A stretch of DNA of 64,000 bases from Hydrolagus colliei. Lineage: Eukaryota. Within the stretch, counting starts at the first letter, position 1; each line of letters begins with the position of its first letter. Made by a program: the position numbers and the translations under genes. A model generated the notes under the pieces. The model made no database searches, had not been told where the DNA came from, and worked only from the letters and a program-made list of their open reading frames with translations. The stretch covers positions 8,060,001-8,124,000 of the forward strand of contig CM068748.1 of assembly GCA_035084275.1 (NCBI GenBank). Reading direction: 5' to 3'. Shown in pieces: positions 24,101 to 34,645 of this stretch.

Positions 24101-27100
24101 TACAGTTCACATACTCAATCTTACTTCACTGCTGAAAACATGGGGTTGCCTTAGGAAACATGGGAATTGTGGCCTAAATATCAATAACTGTTTTATTAAT
24201 GCAATCTGCAATGGCCTGGTTGTTTCGCCCACAAATATACAGTCAATTCACTTTACAGTATATTCTGTGAAGCGCTTTGAGATGTCGATAAGATGTGAAA
24301 AGCGCTAAATCAAAAGCAAGGATTATTATTATATTATATTACTCCACAGCAGAATTCATACTCTGTAAAATTAGGGAGATATGACTGGAGAGAGGAGCTA
24401 TCACAGCTCGTTAACATTAAACATAGAAATTCATAGAAATAGTTAAGAAATTCCAATGCTTAAGCCAAATTTCCATGATAATTTCAAGAACACAATAACA
24501 TCTGTTGCTAAACATCTGCATTCTGGATTTTTCCACAGTGTGCAGATAGATGCAAGCAACAAGCTTGAAATACTACTTTTCCTGTCCTGTCAAATTCTTT
24601 CCAGACCTTATTGTCATCCGGAAATCTGTCCTTTGCATTCAGAAGGTCAAATACACAGTAAATCATCACTGCTGAACCAAGTGGGAGATCTGTGACTTGA
24701 CCGTGGTTACACCAGGGCATTTTCTTCCAATTGTTCCTGTCTTCTCAGTTACCACTAGAGTTAAAAATGACAAGCCGTCTGCATTGTCTCTGTCTCCAAG
24801 TTGGTTCTCAGACAACCCACCAGAGGGAGCACTGTATTGGACAAAATGTTTCATCTTTCATATCTGTGTTACACATTGTGTTTGTTGAGATCATTTCTCA
24901 AGCAGCTAAACACATGGTAGACTGTGTGACGCTTTTTGAATTTTGGTATACCAGAACAAGCTGAGCTGTCGCTATAATAGTGACAGCCAAACGCTGTTAG
25001 CTTTATGCTCTATTACTTTTTATATGAAGGCTGACTTTTTGAAAAACAAATCTCCAAAAATGCTCTTGTTTATATTTGTGGTAAATGTCCTTTTCCACTG
25101 TATTCCAGAGAGTTCATATCCACACATTTCCTTCATACGCAAAACGTTCCTCATGGGAGTTTAAAACTTTAACCCTGTGCCGGAAAACCATGGATACAAT
25201 AACAAAATACATTTGGGCTTATAAGAAGTACGATATTCAAATGCAATTTCAATTTGATTATACTCTTTCAACCAAATAGTAGTTACAGTCGTATGTGATT
25301 TTTAAATCAACAAGTTGGCTAGTCTGTGGACTGATTAGAATGCTGACACCTAGCTTTGTCACTTGCTGTAAAATCTTGAGTAACAGACTGGTCCTCCGTC
25401 TGGCTACACCCACCATCCCCGATTAGGATCGATTTTGCTCTGTGATAAAATTAACTGGACTCTGAAGCTGGCTTGCATATGACTGAACGGAAATGTTTTG
25501 ATGTAACAATAATAATAATCCTTGCATTTTGATATAGCGCTTTACACCTCTTCTAGACGTCTCAAAGCGCTTCACAGAATATACTGTTAAGTGAACTGCC
25601 TGTATATTTGTGGGCAAAATGCAGCAGCCAATTGCGCACAGCAGAGCTTTCACAAGCAGTCGTGGTTTGAAATGATCAACTTATTATTATTTTTTTGAGA
25701 GAATATTATCAGGCGCGTGGAGTAAGGAAACTTGCCCAAGATTTGGCCCTGCTTGGAAACTAACCCAGGTATCGCTCTTGGAAGACTGGTGCTCTAACCA
25801 TTGAGCTGCAGGACTTCATAATCTGTATCTTTACTCCAGTGGGATGAAAAGGGATATGAGAAATTTCGGGGAAGAATCGTTACAAGCTTCAGGCTGTAGT
25901 GATGATTTTGGTGTATATGTACCAGTTTCCCTCTGTCCCTAAGCTGATGATGACTCTTTAACTTTGGATGCACTCTGAGAGTTCACAGACCTGAGATACA
26001 ATCCATAAATTACAGAATTTATTAGCAAGGCCAGTGAGCCAGTGAGAAAATACAAGCCCTGTCTCCCAGGACACATTTTATTAACGTGTTTGTTGAACCC
26101 GTGAAAATTCAAAGCAAATCACACTCTGTGCTAAATTTGTTAAGTCGCCCATTCAATATTGACACCCAGCACACGTCAACTTGCAGAATCTTTGGAAAAC
26201 AACTTGAAATGGAAAATGTAATTCCAAACAAATAGATTTTATTGATATATTTCAAATATGGAACACAACACTGCACCCGTACTCTACCGACGAGCCATCC
26301 CCTAGTTTCTAGATCTGAATTTCTAATTTAAATCTGCTCAATTCTGTGCTTTTACAACAGTTTAGTCTGGGATATTATCCAGTGCTTCACCCAAGAAGCA
26401 GTCAATCCACTGTACCCAATAATGCTGACCCTTAATTTGATTTAATATTACTGCTAGTTATGTATTTATTAATACACAAAACCAGTTGTTCCCTTCGACA
26501 TGTGAAAATTAGTATTGGTACAATGTTGAGATGCAAAATAAATACTCTGAAAACTGTCTGCAGTAAAGCAAACAGAGGTGACATACTCCAGATGAGGAGT
26601 GGAGTGGTCGACAAGGCTGGTATATGCTGGTGAATCAATAATGGCTCTTACATACTTGGAGTTGCTTAGCCCTACTACTTACTGGATGCTGAACTGATTT
26701 CATTGATTTTATACTTTAAGCCATTCACAAAGAATACTGCTGACAATCTGTGCTTCAACTCAATCCAGTTTGCTCTCTGGTTAGACATTGTAGATACATT
26801 TGTCTTTTTTTTTATTGAGATAGTTAGAGCGTGGTCTTAGTCTCCTAATGCAGAACTTCATTGTAGCTTAGTGGTTAGAGCAATCGCCTCGCAAGAGGGA
26901 AGACTTGAGTTAGATTCCCAGCCGGGTGAAACACTGGGTGTTTCCTTCCTACACACAGCTCTGTTTGCGTAACAGTAAACCAAACCCGGTTGTTAGTCAT
27001 TCGGTGAATTGCTTTTCCGGGATGATCCAGATATAGTGAGGGCCAGGATATCGAAGGTATACAATTCCTTCTAATAATAATAATAAGAAGAAGAATTTGA

Positions 27101-29463
27101 ACACTTAATTCACGACTGTCCTTTCAAAGTACTTTTAAGCAGAGGCTGACTCCGTTTGCAGCACTTGCATTGTTACTGCAGAGCAACAAATTGATGGTCG
27201 GGCAAAACCACACACAGGTGGTCTTGGCACCATGGTTCCAACATGAATTGTCATGTCTCAAACCTGATTTATACTGTGTTTTCGTAGTGGTTTGACACAA
27301 TATAAATAAGGTGTATGGATGTGATTGTAGAAGGAGGAATGACTACTTCCACATATGGAATTGCTGCTGTGGGTAAAATTCTGCATACCTTCCGTTTTGT
27401 ACTGGGTACATAACAACAAATTATATTTGTACACAGTACTGCAGCACCTTCTACAGAGGTACATTTTACTTCAAACCAGCCAATGAGCTGTAGTGATATA
27501 GGAATTAAATTACAGGAATTTTATGATTCTATGACGAGTATCTTGGATTCCCGAGATACTTTTCTATAGTCATGGGAATGTCAATGTTAAGTTCTTTCAT
27601 AACATTTGGGTTGGGGCTATTTCCTCCTCCATTTTAAGCCGTTGGGAAAGAATAACAGCTCCTCTATTAATGTATGTTCATCAGTTTCAGTGGACGACAT
27701 GGATGGTTAGATTACTTGTGAATATTCAGGTACTTTAAATTCCTGCCCCCTCAGCTACCAATGTGTGAAGCGCGTTGAAATGTCCTTCCAAAGTGAAAGG
27801 TGCTGAATAAATGTAAACTGTTGTTGAATATGTGGTGAAGCTTTTGTGCATTTTTTTGGGAGTACCTGGAGTACAAATATCTAATTTACACCAGGTAAGC
27901 AGCATGAACTGGAGTCAATGTATTTTTTCTCCAGGCTATTTGAGCAATACCCGAGCAATGTTTGAACACATTATCACAGATTCAACTGATATTGAGAAAT
28001 TGTAGCTCAGATGCTCTGTGGAACTTTACCTGCTCACCGAGTTCAATGACCTGTAGCATTTATCTCTTCTAGGTTCAAACTCTTATGAAAAGCTTTCATC
28101 ACATACAATATTAACGGAGCCTGACAACTGTTTGTACAGAAACTAAGAGCTGGGTTAATCTGATCACAAATACTATCAGTAAGATTGTATTGGCCTCAGC
28201 AGATGATCATTTTTCGAAACATACTTTTGAGGCAGATATACATTGAAAATACTGGAAAAAGAGAAACAAAAAATAAAAGAGATTTTAGAACGGAATATAA
28301 ATGACAGAAATTAAAAGTTTGTTACATGGTACAATATCCATTTTCAGCTAGGTAATTGAAAATTGAACTGAGAACACAAAACCCAACACCAGGGCTACAC
28401 TCATTATAGTTTGCCCTGGTTTAGTGCATGTCTGCTTGTATCACGGGTGTATTGTGGACCAGTGCTTTAGCAGAACCTCTTAGCAGAACCTCGAAAGGTT
28501 GGCTTGCTATGCAAAGTGTTCTGTGCAAATGGTGCAATATGCAGGAAGTACGGTCAGGAGTGACTTGATGACCCAGAAGTGCTGACCAGTGGCTGTTATT
28601 TAACCTCATAATCACATGTGGTATGAGTTCATGGACTCAAACCCAAATAGGGTCATCCTGTATTTTTATTGGAAGCTTGTCTGTGTCATTTTATTGACTG
28701 GATCTGACGATTTACACTTGTGTGAATTAAAATCATTAAGCTAAATTCACTAAATTGAAGTGAAACCACCATTTGGTATTTATTTAGGTGAGTTTTCAAA
28801 TGTACAAAAAGTATCCTTAATCTATTCTTGGAATGATGATTGTGTTATCTTCTTAAAGGTATTTTGGGGGTGACTTTCTATACCTTGTGAAATGTAGAGG
28901 GAAATGATCAGAATTCCATTATTCGTGACCTCCTCCAGCAGAGTGCAGCTTCATGTATTCTGCCCCCACTGTTTACATGTTTATAGCTTCACAAATTAAA
29001 GTTTTCACACATCATTTACATTTAGGATGCCTTTAATTCAGAAGTGGGAATTTTCTGTATGTGAACTAATGTGTTGGCAAAAATAATCCTGTGTTAATGC
29101 TCTTCCTCTTCTGAACCTTGTGTTGAAAATAAAATAAGGAAAATACTTATCAATCTGGTTACATGTAGAACACTGGGACGAAAGCTCTTGTTGAGAAATG
29201 TTGTGTGGATAACTCTGGGGTTATTCTGACTATTTACATTAATAACTGAAGTTTGTTCCTTTTCTATTTTTTTTAGGCTTTTCTGGAATAAAGCTCCCAA
29301 AGGTCATAGCAATGTCACAGTGGCCTGGCACATTCCACAATCTGTAGAGCTTGGGACCTACAAAATATGCCACTTTGGCCATTTTAAAACTTTACAGAAT
29401 CTGAAACCAGTCTTTAACTATTATGAAGGCTCTTCCTCTCCGTTTGATGTTGTCAAAAGCTAA
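5983..29463 (+). CDS. ASAH2: Neutral ceramidase ASAH2, full gene span (20 coding exons, 2226 nt CDS, ~741 aa)
   Basis: Hand-spliced exons give one open frame: N-terminal signal-anchor, then GVGRADCTGP, SGTHTHSGP, NRSP, WFAVHPVS, AAGTTDG, PGEFTTMSGRRLR, YITTYEEYQ-QRYEAASTIYGPHTL, NDASWETR motifs. All introns are GT-AG and phase-compatible. Confidence 0.97.
6621..6715 (+). CDS. ASAH2: ASAH2 coding exon 2 (..DQYQIGVGRADCTGPIADLPL)
   Basis: tttcag acceptor, conserved GVGRADCTGP, donor gttggt. Confidence 0.9.
7156..7305 (+). CDS. ASAH2: ASAH2 coding exon 3 (MGYAKPGQNAAGLHTRLYSRAFIV...)
   Basis: ORF track 7138..7362; AG/GT boundaries, 150 nt. Confidence 0.95.
8594..8770 (+). CDS. ASAH2: ASAH2 coding exon 4 (SGTHTHSGP zinc-binding motif)
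   Basis: ORF track 8597..8863; AG/GT boundaries, 177 nt. Confidence 0.95.
9500..9627 (+). CDS. ASAH2: ASAH2 coding exon 5 (SIDIAHKNMKPG...NINRSPFSY)
   Basis: ttacag acceptor, NRSP motif, donor gtatcc. Confidence 0.93.
10480..10557 (+). CDS. ASAH2: ASAH2 coding exon 6 (YKSDTDKEVVLLKMVD...)
   Basis: AG/GT boundaries, phases match neighbours, 78 nt. Confidence 0.92.
10824..10944 (+). CDS. ASAH2: ASAH2 coding exon 7 (WFAVHPVSLNNTN...SDNMG)
   Basis: ctgcag acceptor, HPVS motif, donor gttaga. Confidence 0.94.
11490..11790 (-). mobile_element. tRNA-derived SINE, full length
   Basis: Same family as 4542..4868. Confidence 0.9.
12108..12410 (-). mobile_element. L2 LINE 3' end fragment
   Basis: RAFSHSAPNLWNSIPQSL...HLKTLLF ORF2 C-terminus plus tail gtgaaaggcgctatacaag(tgt)n; short tails of this type recur at ~22680, ~22795, ~23870, ~34835 and ~39655. 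Confidence 0.85.
12499..12624 (+). CDS. ASAH2: ASAH2 coding exon 8 (GPFAAAFASSNLGDVSCN...CPVGG)
   Basis: ORF track 12460..12645; AG/GT boundaries, 126 nt. Confidence 0.94.
13375..13461 (+). CDS. ASAH2: ASAH2 coding exon 9 (ASMCMSSGPGKDMFESTAIIG...)
   Basis: ttgcag acceptor, GPGxDMFES motif, donor gtaaaa. Confidence 0.93.
13807..13911 (+). CDS. ASAH2: ASAH2 coding exon 10 (..AHKWVNMTDV..)
   Basis: tttcag acceptor, donor gtgagt, 105 nt. Confidence 0.92.
14400..14764 (-). mobile_element. Deu-domain-like SINE
   Basis: ccatgggatctttattatccacc and actgcattggagtgtcaacctaaa core segments, head ending gagccaagctgaca; related copies at ~20725..20975, ~30985..31290, ~39395..39600 and ~61565..61850. 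Confidence 0.65.
14938..15019 (+). CDS. ASAH2: ASAH2 coding exon 11 (TCKPALGHSFAAGTTDG)
   Basis: ORF track 14932..15195; donor gtaagt. Confidence 0.95.
15090..15142. repeat. (CCT)n microsatellite
   Basis: Perfect trinucleotide run in the ASAH2 intron between coding exons 11 and 12. Confidence 0.95.
15258..15373 (+). CDS. ASAH2: ASAH2 coding exon 12 (GDPFWDAIRD...CQHPKPILFSTGE)
   Basis: AG/GT boundaries, conserved sequence, 116 nt. Confidence 0.93.
16043..16496. repeat. Long inverted repeat (arms 16043..16157 and 16382..16496)
   Basis: ~115-bp arms with about 6 mismatches by eye, 224-bp spacer. Confidence 0.95.
16706..16800 (+). CDS. ASAH2: ASAH2 coding exon 13 (PWHPEIVDVQ...VPGEF)
   Basis: tttcag acceptor, PGEF motif, donor gtaggt. 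Confidence 0.94.
17246..17285 (+). CDS. ASAH2: ASAH2 coding exon 14 (TMSGRRLREAVKS)
   Basis: cccag acceptor, donor gtgagt, 40 nt. Confidence 0.93.
17564..17662 (+). CDS. ASAH2: ASAH2 coding exon 15 (..AGLSNVYTHYITTYEEYQ)
   Basis: ORF track 17492..17740; AG/GT boundaries. Confidence 0.94.
17820..18101 (+). mobile_element. tRNA-derived SINE, near full length
   Basis: gctcagtggttagagcactcgccttgcaagcgag head, tail aaaagcgctatatcaaatgc(tat)n. Confidence 0.9.
18353..18448 (+). CDS. ASAH2: ASAH2 coding exon 16 (IQRYEAASTIYGPHTLSAY..)
   Basis: aaatag acceptor, donor gtgagt, 96 nt. Confidence 0.94.
19311..19463 (+). CDS. ASAH2: ASAH2 coding exon 17 (..KGPEPPNF...TFGD..)
   Basis: ORF track 19146..19541; ttccag acceptor, donor gtaagg. 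Confidence 0.92.
21622..21681 (+). CDS. ASAH2: ASAH2 coding exon 18 (GDIAEVTFLSGNPRNSVTYM)
   Basis: Poly-T acceptor, NPRN motif, donor gtgagt. Confidence 0.91.
22294..22543 (-). mobile_element. tRNA-derived SINE, 5'-truncated
   Basis: Same family body and tail. Confidence 0.85.
23111..23199 (+). CDS. ASAH2: ASAH2 coding exon 19 (TFLTVEK...NDASWETR)
   Basis: tttcag acceptor, donor gtaagt. Confidence 0.93.
24213..24340 (+). mobile_element. SINE 3' fragment
   Basis: Same family tail with (TTA)n. Confidence 0.8.
25507..25815 (-). mobile_element. tRNA-derived SINE, full length
   Basis: Same family. Confidence 0.88.
26862..27095 (+). mobile_element. Second tRNA-derived SINE type (similar head, different body and tail)
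   Basis: tgtagcttagtggttagagc head, unrelated body, (TAA)n(GAA)n tail. Confidence 0.65.
29277..29463 (+). CDS. ASAH2: ASAH2 last coding exon (LFWNK...WHIP...HFGH...SSPFDVVKS*)
   Basis: Long polypyrimidine acceptor, phase 2 matches exon 19, stop TAA at 29461..29463. Confidence 0.92.
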
Positions 29464-30733
29464 ACATCAACATCTGTTTCATGATAATTCAAACATCGAT
29501 TATTCCTGTTTTCTGTAGAGGTTGAATGAAACTCCTTTGCGCTGTATTCATGATCCAGTTGAATAATTCAATAATGGCTATTGATTCTATTTACAGTGAA
29601 CTCCAGATAATAAGATCCTGCCTTATATCATCATATGGCTTGTACCATCAAGCTGTCAATATCCTGGCCACTTCCAATGCAAAATGAGTATGAAACCCAC
29701 TCTTTATTTCATCGTTTCACGTGCAAAACATAGAGTTAATTCACTTTACAGTATATTCAACAAAAGCAACAACAAAATTACATACATACAGTGCCTTTTG
29801 TGTCTGGGTGACGTCCCAATGAAGCACTTTGAGACGTGATGCTCCATCAAATGCAAAGATTATTATTTGCACTCGCTTATTACAGTACAGTATAATGTAT
29901 AAAGTTACAGTACGTACAAGACAGTAATTAAGATAGCAGATTATCATCGGAACAAACTTACTTGCCCCACTCAAATAGCCTCTCAGGGCCTCTTTGCCAA
30001 TTGTTGTGATGAGTGGCCTGGTACTGTGGGAAAACATTGCCCTTGCCCCCAGCCAGCCATGTGGTAACTGTAGAAATTATAGAACTTGCCTTTTGTGAGG
30101 TCCTGCACGATTGTTAAAGTCTGAGTGATTCAGGATGTTAAAATGAGCAAAATGAACAAAATGTTTTTTATCCACACTTAGGATATACTTATCCTGTACT
30201 TAAATGAGTTTTAACATATAAACTAACATTCGGGTGGCCGGCGCCCCTCTGTCGCACGCACAGCCCCTCGTTCTGCGCAGTCGCAGTGTGGTTTGGAGTA
30301 GGTCGACTTGAGAACCTTGACCCTTGTTGGCCCTGGAGGACTCATTTCTATATAGTCACCCCAACATAAGAGTGACTGAGCTCTTTTCTTTTCCCTTGGA
30401 GTGATGGTGCAGGAGTTTACTGTAGTGTACATTGAATCAAGAGTGTGGAGAAAAATCCATATCTAGAACGAGAATTCAATCTGAAAATAATATGCTTAAT
30501 AGCATCTTTCACATCAGAATGCCTGAATGCATTTGACAGTGCTGGCTGGGCACGAAGACATTGGTTTTGGTTTTCTGTGAATGTTACAGATTAAAATTTC
30601 CGAAAATTACCGTTAGTACTTCAAATTTATGCATTCAATTATTTTAACATGTATTATGTTGGTTTTTGCATTAAAAAATGGATGATTCATTAAATGTTTC
30701 AAACTGTATAAGAATGCTGTAAATAGTATCTTA

Positions 30734-30739
30734 AATAAA
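30734..30739 (+). terminator. Candidate ASAH2 polyadenylation signal AATAAA
   Basis: AATAAA about 1.3 kb after the stop codon; usage not demonstrable from DNA. Confidence 0.35.
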
Positions 30740-33700
30740 GTTCATGAAACACTTCACTTTATAGGTTTTGAAGGGAGCACTCTTGAAGGGATCAACTAAC
30801 ATGACAACATATACTTTCACCTCACTTACTCCAGCTAGGAGTTTCAGATGCTTTATACAAACAGGAAGGTCCGCATCATCACCAACACTTTGGTTAGAAA
30901 AAATAGTCTGATGATTGGACTTGACTAATTGGTAAGTTGCGTGTTTTTGAGATGATATGTGATTTATAATCGAGGGTGACTCATACTCCAGGGCAGGATT
31001 GGCAAGTTCTGAGTTTCATTTCAGATGTTAAACCAGAGTCCTATCAGCCGATGTAGAAGGCTGTTAAAAATCACATGACACTATTTGAAAAAAAGAAGAG
31101 AATTTCTCCACTTGTCCTGGCCAAAACCCCTCCAGATGAATAGGTCATTAACCTCAAGGCTGTTTGGTAGAATTTAAAAAAAAAAAATATGACTCCTATC
31201 CGCCTACAAAAATAAGTATTTCACTTGACAATAATTAGCTGTGAAACGCTATGAGATAGTTCAATGATAATGTGCTATAAAACAAGTTTTACCTTCATTC
31301 CGCTCCTACCATTGTCTGCTAAGTGTGCTAATTCAATCGTGCAGTGTAGGATTTGTTGAGGTAATGGAGCAATGTTCAAAATTGGACATTGAAATGGAAG
31401 TTAATATAAAAACCGAAGTAGGAGTAAAATTCCTTTCTGATATCCCACAGTAACCTCAGTATAATGCCCTCACTTTCCAATGATGTTTTATTTGTAGCAA
31501 GTACGTGTTAACGAATATTTTACTCAGTTTTCTTCAGCTACAAACCAATGTGACTTATATATTTTTACTTTGCCTGAAAACACTTCCAAAGTACTGTAAC
31601 AAGAATCCAATGAATCTGTCTTTCTTTTCCCATTAATACTTGAGTGGTAATGATACACAGTACTCCAGGCCACTGCTGATGACAGACCAGCCAGCCTGGC
31701 TCATCGGCACAATATGGAGGAGCAAACCAATTACTGAGAGCAGAGATTCTTCCAACTGAGCTCCTATTACCTGTGCAAGCTAAAACCCAAAAGGCTGGTC
31801 CTAGCTTGACAAGCAGTAAGAAACTTGCTCTCAATGATAAACTGTGCTATTTTAATCGTTCAACCGCAACAGTAGTACACTTGGGGGTCCTCAAGCCTTG
31901 GCTCTCTGGAGCTGGATAAGCAAGATGCATGCCTCTAGGGAAAGTGCAAATTCCATACAGGGAAATATCCACGGCTTGCACATGTGGAACTCTGTTTAAC
32001 TTGGATACACGTAAGTATGATGATGAATTTTGCATATGTCAGAAACTCCACTGACCAAAAAAATGACTTGTTTTCCTCATTCCTTAGGCTCATTAATAGG
32101 AACATAGGAATAAGGAGCAGGAGTAGGCCATTCGGCCCCTCGAGCCGACCCTGCCATTCAATAAGATTATGGCTGATTTTCTAATCTAACTCCACCTGCA
32201 TGTTGTTTATGACTCAGAGTTTAGAGTTGTCTTCTCGCCTGCACATACAGGCACTTGCTAAATTGTTCATAATTACCTTAAAAATGTCGTACCTAGTTTG
32301 ATCGTTAGAATTCAATGTCATTAGAACACATTGTGACAATTACTCTGGAAGAGAGAAGATTCTGCTCAAAAAGTAAAAGATGTGTTGCCACTATTGAGTG
32401 GATCTTTGCTCCTGTTTATCGATTCTGAATGTTTGCCACAGCTGATTAGCCTCCAAATGACTAAATCAATCCATGCTGTTCAATATAACTAGGAACAGCT
32501 TCTGCTAATAATCACTTCAGGATGCCAATGTTATTTGCCTTTTCAGACACAAGAGACTTATCTCCCAACTAATCTAATGGAGTTCATTGACTTCTCTATC
32601 GTTAAGCAGTTTTAATTTCAATAACTAATGTTGGGAATCTATGTTGTATATGGCTTTAAGTATAATGTTTTTACATATATACTTGAGAAGTAAGTATATA
32701 CAGAATATATACAGGATACAGAAAAAAAAATCAGGTAAGTGGGATAAAATATTTGCTATGATCCAAAGAACTGGTAGAATAGGCTTGATAAGATGAATAG
32801 CCTCCTATTTCCTATTATTGTTCCTAACACTAGGTATTGTACAATTACATAGATAGTATTTCATATTATGTCTAGTAAAGGAGGCCTATGTTTGCTCAAA
32901 AACATTTTGTGCATTTTTGTTTCTGAGTGTTGGCCATTTCTATGAGAAACTATCTAAAACCACACTTGAATTCCTTTTCTACACTTGTAAATCAATTGTC
33001 CGTGAATTCCTTCCTGATTTAATTTTTTTGAACATACATGAAACTAACACACAATAGTATAGAACTTGCAAGTATTCTGGCTCAAGCTTTTCAGAGATAA
33101 CAAAATGATGCAACTAGATTAAAATTGGAAATGCATAAATAACAAGCAGCATCTAAATGAGAAATAGAATCACTTGAATCAATCACTTAACAGTAATATT
33201 ACCTTGCTGCATAAAATGTGTAATTTGGGGGGATTATTTAGACTTTTAAAATCGAGAAATCTTAAAATAGGACTAAAGGTACAAATATATCATGATTCCA
33301 AAATGTTTTCCTAAAATTTGGGGAACTTTTTCTTAAAAACACCAGCAGATGGCGATCCTCTGCTGGCAAGTGCATCTACCATTTTGTTGGACAGTAAGAA
33401 AAGTAATCCTATTTTGTAAATTTTGAATGTTCGTTTTCCTATTTGCTTAGCCTGCCCAACTATTAAAAGTGATTGGGTAACAGAGTGGAATACACTGTCT
33501 GTCTATTCTCGTAACCAGGGAATGCTGCAAACATCCAGTGGAACAGGACAATGGCTAAAAAAGCATTTAATAATAAATAATAATCATCATAGTCGGTAAT
33601 AGCACATTTCATGTCAAGAGGATGTCTGGAAGCACTTCACACAATTTTGTGTAAAATGCAGTTACTGCATGTTGTAGACAAACACTTTTGGTAAAGTTTG

Positions 33701-34067
33701 CAATTTACAGCAATATCCTATGCACAGCTATAAAGTGAATGACTAGGTTGCCAGTCATATGAGGCTCAGGCACAGATGATTGCCCGAGGATTGCATTCTC
33801 ACAATCTGGCTTCCTGCCTGGACTTGGAGATCCCTAAATAGCTGCTAAAAATAATCTTTAGAAATACCAGACAAAAATTTTTAAGAATAACATTAGGTCT
33901 TAGTTCAAGTGGAACTGTAAGTAAAAATGTTAATGTAATGATAAATGTATCATCAATTTATTGAACTGGTCCCACCAGTGACAGTTTAAAGTAAAAGAAT
34001 GGGATTGGATATACACATGGATGAAACAAAAGGGATAAAAATAAATAAGCTGCTGTCGTCTGGAAGT

Positions 34068-34195
34068 CTGACGAAGGGTTGTAGACCCGAAATGTCTACA
34101 ACCTTCTCCATGGATGCTGCCTGACCTGCTGAGTTTCCCCAGCAACTTTTGTTTTTGTTTCAGATTCCCAGCATCTGTAGTATTTTGTGTTTTGT
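34068..34195 (+). mobile_element. Penelope-like terminal repeat fragment with minimal hammerhead ribozyme core
   Basis: CTGACGA-a-GGGT-tgtag-ACCC-GAAAtgtc followed by gatgctgcctgacctgctgag; flanked by a ~15-bp direct repeat; related rearranged copy at ~35475..35600. Confidence 0.65.
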
Positions 34196-34366
34196 TGTAG
34201 TCTGGAAGTCGTTTGACACATACAAATGTAAATGGATGTAAAAGTGGGGGTGAAGTAGGAGATGATGTAAAACATTAACTGAGACAAGGAGAAAAAGATC
34301 AGATCGGAACCTTTTGGTTGATCTACTGAGACAAAGACTGTTAACTACCCATATTGTCTGAAGTTA

Positions 34367-34645
34367 AATAAGAACATAGGAACATAAGAATTAGGAGGAG
34401 TAGGCCATTCGGCACCTCGAGCCTGCCCCGCCATTCAATAAGATCATGGCTGATCTTCTATTCTAACTCCACCTACCCGCCTTATCCCCATATCCCTTAA
34501 TCCCTTTATCCACAAGAAATCTATCAATCTCAGTCTTGAATATTCAAGCATCTACAGCCCCTTGGGGTAGAGAATTCCATAAATTCACTACCTTCTGGGT
34601 GAAGAAGTTTTTCCTTCCGAAAGGGCTGACCCCTAATTTTAACAC
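34367..34645 (-). mobile_element. CR1 LINE 3' end fragment
   Basis: RKNFFTQKVVNLWNSLPQGAVDA and 3' UTR gaatggcctactcct...ttcttatgttc; a shorter copy lies at 32097..32198. Confidence 0.85.
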
